32,020 bases of DNA, taken from sequence record DRR723986_7184; one strand, written 5' to 3'. Made by a program: the position numbers and the translations under genes. Below are positions 10,281 through 19,600 of this stretch, one piece after another (position 1 is the first letter of the stretch; every line of letters starts with the position of its first letter). The notes beneath the pieces are model-generated. The model made no database searches. It saw only the letters and a program-made list of their open reading frames with translations, and was not told where the DNA came from.

Positions 10281-11537
10281 CTATTTACTCATGTTCAATA
10301 CAATGTAGCTGCCCGAAATTGAGGTCACATGTGCCAGGTATGTACCGGCTGATAAGTGACTATTCGGGACTCTAACCCACCTGTTTCCGAAGTCAGCACG
10401 ATGTTGATACACACGATGACCAAGCAGGTCATATATCACTATCTGTGAAATCGCTTCAACATCATTCTGATTCTCAATCAACCATTCCCCGCTTGCATGG
10501 CTAACTCGTATGCCATCAAATATCGAGGGGGATTGATCATGTCGGTCACTAACACTCGTCGTTATTTCAAGTTGACTTTTCAGTATTAGGCTTGACCCAA
10601 GCAGTTCCGTCACACAGGAACACGATTCAGCTTGAATCGGGCGCAATACTAATTCCGCGGTTGTGTCAACATTCAGTCTGTTGCGTAGATCTATCTGTAG
10701 AAACTCTGCAACTTCAAATTCGGTACTAGCGCTGAAATCACACGTAAAACTCGCTTGATTTCCAGACTCGTTGATCAGGACATCTGAAACCCCAATGCCT
10801 TTTTCGAGTGATTTGATCCCTTCGATTGAGAAAAGATCGGCTGGCACAATTTCAAGCTCTACATCTACTTTGGATTGCCTGGTTTCCTCACCACGCATAA
10901 AGGTTCCCAGAACACTCGCACTTTTATCGATTCCTTTTTCAAAGACTATGTCTTCGTTACTTGAGAATCGAACGGCGACTTCGCGTTTTGGCCTGAGGCC
11001 TTCTACGGCTATCAAAGAACCTAATCCAGAGATTGTAGCTTGCTCATCGATCGTTCGAACACCGTCTGGTTGAAGCTTTGCAAAGCTTGCTTCTGCGACT
11101 TCCAGAATGATTTCCTGCGGGCAGTCACCAACAAGGCGTCCAATAAAACCGATTAGCGGCGTGCGTTCCGAACTACGAAAAAACCGTGAGACGTTTACAC
11201 CCTGAGCATTTGCCACGCCTGGTCTGGAAAAGTTTCCTTGAGCTTCCCATTCTAATCCGTCAGATAATGTTCCCAGCGTCAATAGTCTGTCAAAGCGAAC
11301 ATAGTCTGGATTGAAGGTCAGCGAAACATCATACCCCAGGAGGCTGTCAGAAAGTGCGATTGGGTCAACGTCAATGTATACTGCAAGCGTTCTTGTTTCA
11401 AAACAGATATCGATTTCTGCGTTGCGAACATGAATCGTTGCAGCATCGGCTTCAGTCTGACGGTGGCACAAGGCCACCGTCAGAACTATTAAAGCCGCTA
11501 TTTTCAAAGATCGGTTCAAGTCAGTATCAGCGTGCAA
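10281..11537 (-). CDS. T9SS-secreted protein with one or two cohesin-like domains
   Basis: Signal-like N-terminus (TTG start uncertain, overlaps the upstream stop). LAVYIDVD...LLGYDVSLTFNPDYVRF...GTLS is cohesin-like. CTD-like IYDLLG...LSAGTYL lacks the YPNP motif. Confidence 0.7.
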   Translation of the reverse strand: MHADTDLNRSLKIAALIVLTVALCHRQTEADAATIHVRNAEIDICFETRTLAVYIDVDPIALSDSLLGYDVSLTFNPDYVRFDRLLTLGTLSDGLEWEAQGNFSRPGVANAQGVNVSRFFRSSERTPLIGFIGRLVGDCPQEIILEVAEASFAKLQPDGVRTIDEQATISGLGSLIAVEGLRPKREVAVRFSSNEDIVFEKGIDKSASVLGTFMRGEETRQSKVDVELEIVPADLFSIEGIKSLEKGIGVSDVLINESGNQASFTCDFSASTEFEVAEFLQIDLRNRLNVDTTAELVLRPIQAESCSCVTELLGSSLILKSQLEITTSVSDRHDQSPSIFDGIRVSHASGEWLIENQNDVEAISQIVIYDLLGHRVYQHRADFGNRWVRVPNSHLSAGTYLAHVTSISGSYIVLNMSK

Positions 11538-13527
11538 TAGTTACGTTGCCGCTCTGAACGCCTGCGGCGCCTTCGAGGCGGTATACGTAGCTACCATTTG
11601 ACAATGATTTGCCTGCTGAATCAAAACCGTTCCATCCAATAACCTGTGTGCCTGTGTTCATTGTCTGAGGACCAAAGTCCCTAACAACGTTACCAAGTAC
11701 ATCATAAATACGGAGTGTGTACTCACCTTCAGTAGTAATATTGAAGGCAAACTCTACGCGCTCAGTAAATGGATTAGGATAGACGTTTGCGACTGATTCG
11801 TTTCCACCCAGTGGGATTTGAATCGAACCTTTTTTCGCATCATTAACTTCGATGTCGTTTGCGCTCAGTACATTCTCCGACGTACGGATTGTAGCATAAG
11901 CCAAAACATCACCGTTGCTAAAGGAACCGGATGCAGCGATCGAAACTTTGGACGTGCCATTAACAGCCAGAACACTGTTGCCGTTGGATTCAACAGCTTG
12001 AATGTCCGTAACTACACCGTTAAAGTTCATTTCAACACCGACGGCACCAAAGTGCTCACCTGAGAAAAGAACTGGAACGAGGTATGTTTGGTCCGCAATT
12101 TTCTGAACGCCGGCCAACTCAACATTGTTTTCAAAGTGAGCAACACCAGCTTTACCATAAGCTACCGTAGTATCCAGCAACCAAGGCAGAACTGGTACAC
12201 GTCCAGCCATGTAGTTGATGATCAAAGCAGCATCATATGAGTTTGCTTCGAAATACAACTGCGTTGGGATAAAGGAGTTATCAGCTGGAATGTCGTCAAA
12301 CTCATTGTCGGAACGAGTAGGAACGTCACGACGGTAACGTGCTGTTGGGTCGTTGTTTTCGTCACGTGTTGAATAGAAGTAGCGACCATTGTGATTTACA
12401 TCACCGTGGTATGCTTCACGCTCAAGGAGAGAGTCAAGCGGCTTAAATTCAACTACTGAACGCATGATCGTCAGTGGATCAGTCATCGTAACGAATTCGT
12501 TCTGTGGTTTCAGGAAGTGCTTGCTGCCACGAAGTTGTGTCAGGTTAGCATCACCATCACCCCAGCCACGAATACCCTGGCGAGGAGTAGCAACGAAACG
12601 AATTACGTTGTTGTTCGCACGCGAAGGTGACCATGTTGAAGTCAGATCTTGACGAGTACGGCTATTCTCCGGCGTGTCACTGTTAGCGTCACGACCGATG
12701 AACTCGTTTTCGGACTCGATGAAGAGACCATTCATGAAGCTCGTAGGAGCTTGGCCAAATGGGTGCGACTCGATACCTACTGAAGAACCGGATGTCTTAA
12801 CAGCACCTGGAACCTGGGGATCGCCGACTGTGCTGTAGTGAAATTCGATATCACCTTGTTCGAATTCTTTAGGCTGCCCAACGGGAGCTGATTCGAACAA
12901 TTTCAATTGGAACGTACCAACTGAGGAACGCTTTACAGAAGCGTCCGGTGAAAGAGGATCTTCCGGATTGTTAGCGTCAAAGAAGTAGTTGATGTTCAGG
13001 TCACGCCACTCAACAGTGAAAACATTAACACCGTTTGCGTTGACATCGTTATGAACAGCAATTTCGGATGGCAAAAACAGCTGACTGTTTTGGTCACGCT
13101 GGTTGTCACCACGATAGTAGTGTGCACCCCAGAAAGGAGCTACTACTGTATTTGGTTCAGCGTTATTGAACAAACGCGTTGGAATGTCAGCGGCAAGCAG
13201 AGGCGGCTGATTTCCAAAGAGGATGAAACCATTAACGTTGATTTGAATGCGATTGTAAAGCTGGCCTTCGTATTCGAAGGTAAATCCAAGATCGAGTCCA
13301 AACCGGCCGTTGTTGTAATAGTAGCCATTGTCTGGATCTTCAAGGCGTGTAGCAGCGTCAACAAAGTTCTCTACCGGCAGCAGTGTGCGCGAAAGAGGAA
13401 GTGCCGTATACTGCTCGTTGCCCATCTCACTTGTAAAGTAGCGATGAATCTGCGCATCCATTGGGACAGCAGCCGCCAGCAACAGCAGCAGTGCAGCACC
13501 CCCCAGAAGCGAGTTACGAACCTTCAT
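11527..13527 (-). CDS. T9SS-secreted protein: NIDO-like domain, dockerin with insertions, cohesin-like domain, FlgD-Ig/CTD
   Basis: AGGAG RBS before ATG 13527; signal peptide ...PMDA-Q. LGFTFEYEG...NVNGFILF...VAPFWG; GDAN...VTMTDPLTIMR and GDVNHNG...ANSYDAALIINY; VYPNPF...IYDVLG...WNGFDSAGKSLSNGSYVYRL. Confidence 0.82.
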   Translation of the reverse strand: MKVRNSLLGGAALLLLLAAAVPMDAQIHRYFTSEMGNEQYTALPLSRTLLPVENFVDAATRLEDPDNGYYYNNGRFGLDLGFTFEYEGQLYNRIQINVNGFILFGNQPPLLAADIPTRLFNNAEPNTVVAPFWGAHYYRGDNQRDQNSQLFLPSEIAVHNDVNANGVNVFTVEWRDLNINYFFDANNPEDPLSPDASVKRSSVGTFQLKLFESAPVGQPKEFEQGDIEFHYSTVGDPQVPGAVKTSGSSVGIESHPFGQAPTSFMNGLFIESENEFIGRDANSDTPENSRTRQDLTSTWSPSRANNNVIRFVATPRQGIRGWGDGDANLTQLRGSKHFLKPQNEFVTMTDPLTIMRSVVEFKPLDSLLEREAYHGDVNHNGRYFYSTRDENNDPTARYRRDVPTRSDNEFDDIPADNSFIPTQLYFEANSYDAALIINYMAGRVPVLPWLLDTTVAYGKAGVAHFENNVELAGVQKIADQTYLVPVLFSGEHFGAVGVEMNFNGVVTDIQAVESNGNSVLAVNGTSKVSIAASGSFSNGDVLAYATIRTSENVLSANDIEVNDAKKGSIQIPLGGNESVANVYPNPFTERVEFAFNITTEGEYTLRIYDVLGNVVRDFGPQTMNTGTQVIGWNGFDSAGKSLSNGSYVYRLEGAAGVQSGNVTIAR

Positions 13528-13579
13528 AAAGTCTCCTGATTCTATTGTTTTTACACCTTTGTTCATGATGTTTCGGTTA

Positions 13580-13636
13580 GCAGAAAGCCGTTTCGCAGAG
13601 TTCCGCCGCCGGTGAGTTCCGACGGCGGCTTTCTGC
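13580..13636 (-). promoter_or_regulatory. Intercistronic stem-loop without U-tract (possible mRNA stabiliser or processing element)
   Basis: The mRNA has an 11-bp outer stem GCAGAAAGCCG/CGGCTTTCTGC enclosing CCGTCGG-AACTCA-CCGGCGG, 8 nt after the stop of the giant gene. Confidence 0.6.
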
Positions 13637-13644
13637 AAAATTCA

Positions 13645-16600
13645 TTAGCGTACAAGGATCATTTGGCGAGTTGCCGTTTCAGTACCGACGGTAATACGAT
13701 AAACGTATACACCATTTGCTACTTCACGACCAGTAACATTGCGACCATCCCACATTACGCTATACTGACCAGGAGTATAGTAGTCGTCTGCAAGTGTGGC
13801 TACTTTGTTACCAATTGCGTCAAAGACCTCGAGCATAACCGGACCGGCTTCTGTTACGCGGAACGCGACAGATGTATTACCGTTGAATGGGTTAGGAGTG
13901 TTTTGAGCCAGGATTGATTCGCCTGATGTATCAGGATCTTCCCAGACAGAGACGATTCCAGTCTCTTCTTTAACAATCTCAAACCCAGTCACGTTGCTGG
14001 TCAGGATGCGCAGGCAAACAGAGTCGCCTTCAACAGTCAGGATAACGTCGTTTTCAAGACGGTTGAAAGGAACAGGCTCACGCATGTTAATCAGGAAGCG
14101 ATTACCTTTCGTATCACCGTCACGGATGAACCAATCCAGACCGTCGCCCGCTGTTGCGTCTGCGGTTTCGAGCAAGCTCTTATCCCAGCAGATAACAACA
14201 GGATAGTTCAGACCGTTTTGTGTACCACCAGCCTGGAACACACCTGTCAGTGGTTTTTCGGACGAGCGCGGAACGATGTTGCGCAGCGTACCTTCACGCA
14301 GTGGGATATCCCAGCGTGAGTCAAACACTGTTGGTGGAACTGGTACAGGTGGAATTTCATACTCACAGTAGTTGGAATCGAGTTTTCCAATACCGCCGGC
14401 ATCTTCATCTTTACCAGTCGTAGCGTCGGATGCAGTACCCCATTGCAGGAATTCCTGAGCGCCTTCGCTATTCGTGATGCTGATTTCGCTTACGAAGTTT
14501 GTTTCGTCGGAAACTGCGATACGGAACACGAGCAGTGCTTCTTCGCCTTCGTCGTCAATTGCACGAATGGTTACCGTTACCGAGCCATCGCTGTTGCGAC
14601 TTTCAGCTGGTGGAGGTGTACCACTGATTGTGAATTCGGATTCACCGGATTCGATCGGGCCACTGACTACTTGAGGCGAAACTGTCCAACCACTTGGCTC
14701 ATCTACTGAAAGCGTAATACGCTCAGCAGCTGAGTTTGGAATGGCACGAGCAAGGTCGATATCCTGGACAGTGAATGTACCAGTATACGTTCCGTCGAAA
14801 TCAATACACTCGACTGGAGGAGCTTGCAGCAACTCAGGTCTGTGGTTGACTTCGTTGATTTCAAGTGTAAGCTGGCGGATGTGCGTCAGACCGCATTCAT
14901 CACGAACCAGAACAGTAACAGTTTCTGCGTCTCCGCCGAGGCGAGGAGCATCTGTTACACGTGGTGTACCATAGAGGCGACCACTTACAGGGTCAATCTG
15001 CAGCCACTCAGGAGTTGATGCAGTTTGTACAATGTCGTTCCAGTCACCGGCTTCTGGATAACACTCGTCAAGCAGGATTGTACGGTCGCGGTCAGCTTCA
15101 TACAGCAACTCAAATGTGAGTACCTGGCCGAAGTTGACATCCAGAGCCTGGATTGCACGCGTAGAATCAAGAAGCGCAAGGTTATAATCTTCGTCTTCAG
15201 TAGCTGGGTCAAGCGTTTCTGTTTGAATCAGCGGCTGATAGTTGATCAGGATCGGATACGTACGCATGTTCGTACCACCGTGACCATCGCTCACAATTAC
15301 TGTGAAGCTAGTGTCAGTGACCAACGACTGGTTAGCTGGATCTGGAGGAGTCAACATTCCAAGAGCGTCCGTGTAAGGAATCTCTACGCGGATAAATCCA
15401 CGGTCCGTGAAGGACAGTCCGTTGTCATTGCCACCAGTTTCGTCAACCAGGTAATCTGTGCCAAGCCATTGTGGACGGTTTTGATATTCGTTGTCACGAG
15501 CCGTATCCTCTGGATTCGGACGGACATCTACGACTTCATAACCGTATTTGGTACGACCGTAACGGAAGTCCCAACCAGTAGCTTCAGCATCGCGATCTTC
15601 GCGCTCATCATCTGTGTTAATGTCTACCTGGAAGCGCAGGAACTGCGAGTTGTCACGCAGAACACTTGCTACAAGAGTATCACCATCACCTTTTTGACAG
15701 GCGAAATCTTCTTCTTCAAATACTGGAATGCTATCCGTAATGATAATGCGGAAGCGGTATTCCGTTGTAGCATTGAAGCCGAGGTTCGTTGAATCCTGCT
15801 GCAGATACTTGGACTGATCAGTCATGTAGTCACAAGCGCTGAAGTAAGGACGATACAGGTAGATGTATTTCGCAATTTCTTCTTCGCTAACACCAATCGA
15901 ACGCAGTGAGTCAACCGTACGGTAGTAAGGAGCCCAGTTACGAGCGCGAACTGTTACGATTTCACCACCAGGTACGATGTATGGGTTCGTTGGACGGCCA
16001 GTCAGGTGTACCCAACCGGAAGCGCCGTGCAGCGTTCCATTCACATCACTTGGATAGAATGTTTCAGATGTCAACCAGCGTGAAAGACCAGAGTTGGCTT
16101 CTACTTCCCACTCATATTCCATTTGAGTGAAGTTATCACCCTGGAACAATGCACGTGGATCGATATTGCGGTTAATGTCTGTAGCTGAGATTGCGAAGAT
16201 AGAGTCACGACCTGGGTGGTTACCCGGATCAGCTTGTGGGTATTCCAAATCTTCTGTGAGGAAGATTACGTCGATACCGTCAGCTGGCTCATATCCAACA
16301 ATTTGGTTTTCTTCTGTGCGAACTTTGAATCCAGTCAGAACCGGTGGCAGCGTCGAAGCGCTGATACCGAATTTCATCCCTTGAGCAATCGCTTCGTTTA
16401 CACCGTCTTTCCACAGAACTGTACGTGAGATAACACGAACAGTATCACCTACGCGAACTGGCAGCGCTGTGAAACGCTCACCACCGTAGTGGGAAAGTGC
16501 AACTGTTGGGTCAAGTGCAGGACGGTTTGAGTAACCGAAACCAGCACCGCCGGACAGTCCCGGAGTAGCTTCGTAGCGACGGCCCTGAAGGGCTGCCTGG

Positions 16601-19600
16601 TCTTCGTTCATAGCAGCATCAAATTGTGATGCAAAGTTCTCGCGCTGGTACTTGGCACTGATGTTTTGCAACAGTGAAGAACCGCCACCGAAGTTCGAAA
16701 GACCTTCTGATGTACGACGATCAAGAACGTTGAAGTAACGATTTGATGAATCAGGAACCAGTTCAACACGACCACGGAAGACTTCACTCGTCGCATCTAC
16801 TTGCTGCAGACCGATACGAACGTAGTCACCAGTGTTCTCGTTGATAACAAAGTATACTGTCTCATGGATTGCGCGGTTGTCATTGTTGCTGCGGTTCACA
16901 TCACCATCATAGTTGGTGTGTGATTCGAGGAACAGTGGGTAACCAATAGCATGAGGACCGTGCATCTCAGTTTGCAGTTGAGCGACGTTGGCGTCTGTTT
17001 CAGCTACAAATGGGTCGCGTGTCCAGCGCTTGATTACTTTACCAAAGGAAGGCAGGTCAGCATCTTCAAACTGACGCAGGCGCGGTGGAATACCGACTGC
17101 GAAGTCTTCGATACGAGCCATACGGCGATTGCTGTAGTCAAGCGACTTAGCATCTGTACCTTTGTCGAAGATGTCATATACATGACCTTGGAACAGCAGG
17201 TTTTCCGGAATGCTGACTGTGAAGTCATCTGAAACCGGAATTGGCGTGTAGCGGTAGCCTGCGTTCAATTCGAACGGCCCTTGATCTTTCAGACTGGCGG
17301 AACCGCGCACGTATGTGAGCTGATTCGTTTCAGACTTACGGAAGAAGAAGGTGTTCTGCAGCGTATTTGTTTGTTCGATGATGGTCGTAACGTTGGCTTC
17401 GCTTGGTCCCCAGTAGTTACCCTGCATGTTTGAGATGCGACCAGCGCCAATCAAACCTTGAGCAAGAGAACCTTTTGTGTTTGGAGCATCCGGCAGGCGG
17501 ATAAGGAAGCGAGCTTCGTTGCTGTAAATTGCGTTTGCACCCGTGTGGTAGTCTACCAACGGAAGTGGTCCAACAATTTCACCATACAGTACTGCACCAG
17601 CAAGGTCACTGGAAGCAGGATTGATTTGGCCAACAAGTGGTCCAAAGATTGCATTCTGCGAGCTACCAACATCTGATGTTGCAACGTTACCTGTGATAAG
17701 GCTACGTGAAAAAGCAACAGCCAGGTTGTAGTTATCAGAATAAACGGCAGCACCTGAATAAGCTTCGTTGTCCTGTACACGAACACGATTCATGTTAACG
17801 CGGTCAGGACGTGAAAGACGATCAATGTCTGATTCGTCAAGGATGTAGAGTGCACCACCAAGACCGGTACCGTTCTCAATCAGAGTGAGATTAGCACGCA
17901 GACCTGGGTGTTCGCGGTCAGCGATTTGATCGCCAAGCTGCGTTACACCACTACCCATGTTGTTCAGGTCACCTACTGCGCGGTTTCCGAGGAAACGCGT
18001 CAGTGAGCGTACATCAGGATCGATGTCACTATTATATGTGTATGGGTCCTGGCTGGAACTTGTTGGATTCTCAACAACGTTACCGTTATTCAGAACGTCG
18101 AAGTCTGTGATGAAGCTACGGTTGTTGGCGCGGCCAACATTTACCATTGCAACAGCACCACCATTACCATACCATACGCGGTTGTTCAGGAATTCTGTAG
18201 CGCGTACTTCATAAAGATCGCCGTGCTGTGTATAGATAGCACCACCACCTTGTACTTCACCATCTGTTGTCGTATCCGTAGCAACGGTGTTTGACCAGAA
18301 GTGTGAACGAACGATACGCGAGCGACGATCTTCAGCATTGAAGTTCAGACGATCGTCGATATCAACCATCAGACCACCACCAGCATAACCGGCCCAGTTG
18401 TCACGCAGTTCAACACGGAAGTTTCCACCGTAGTTTGATGCAGTTCCAACAGTACCACCAGCACCGTGAATCCAGGTTGATTTTTTCGTGTAAACAGCAC
18501 CACCCTGAATGGCAGCACGATTTTCACGGAATTTGATATTAAAGCCGTAGTCGCGTGTTGCCAGAGAGAAGTCTGAACCACCAATGATTGGTGATGCAAC
18601 GCGTACTGGATCTGTCAGTTCCTGGTAAATAGCACCACCGCTACCAGCGGAGTTGCGATCGAAGTATGTGAGTGCGTTATCAGCTTGCTGACGGCCACCA
18701 CGAACATTCAACCAGTTTGTACTGTTTGAAGCGTAGATAGCACCACCAAGTGAAGCATCGCGCAGGTCATCGTTAAAGCCAAGATTCGTTGAGTTATCAG
18801 CGAAACGGCCACCAATGATCAGAGATGTGTTTGCACCAACATAAAGAGCACCACCACGAGCACCGAATGTTTCATCCGTTGTTACTGTAGTAGCGCTTGC
18901 ATCTGGCTGCAGGTTTGTTGCAGTGTTACCTTCAAAGAGGATGAAGTCATCTTCTGGTGAACATTCGTGGTTAACACCGAGGCTGAGGATCATGCGATCA
19001 CGACCAGCGATGTACATAGCTCCACCAAATGCACCGTTTTTGAAGTCAGCACCACGAACGTTGTTATTCACAACCTCATCACCAAGGTCGATTGTTGCGG
19101 CCTGGTCCAAAACATCACCCGTACCAATCGGTACGCCGTTATCGTCAAACTGCACTGCATGGTCAGAAACCAGCAGTGTGTTGTTACGGAAGGTGAGCTG
19201 GCGCACGCGACAGAGGAAGATTGAGAGACGACCATCATCTGTTAACTGACGCTCAAGGTCAGTCAAAGGTTCTGGCGTCGGGTTGCGCAATTCATCAATA
19301 GCTTTGATGTCTTGAGCAATTTCCTGACCTGTCAGGTGATCGGTGATCGCTTGGTTGGTTCCAGCTGGATAGTTATCCAGACCGGCAACAGCCGCGCGAG
19401 AATCTGGGTATACCCCAGGACTACCGGCGAAACCGAAGTTATCAAGTGGAGCTTGCAGGAACTGCACAGCGCCACCACGGTAGCGAGCAAAGTTGTCTTC
19501 GAATATACAGCCAACGAGCCATGTACGAACCGAGAAGGTCGTCAAAGCACCACCGGAACCGTTTGTCAACTCAGCAGTACGGCGGCTAAGGCCATCATAT

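Noticed and set aside
15025-15792. Long plus-strand ORFs antisense to the large secreted genes (e.g. 255 aa here; also 7292-7849 and 13051-13539)
   Set aside because: They lie opposite strongly codon-biased real genes, which suppresses antisense stops, and have no recognisable motifs.
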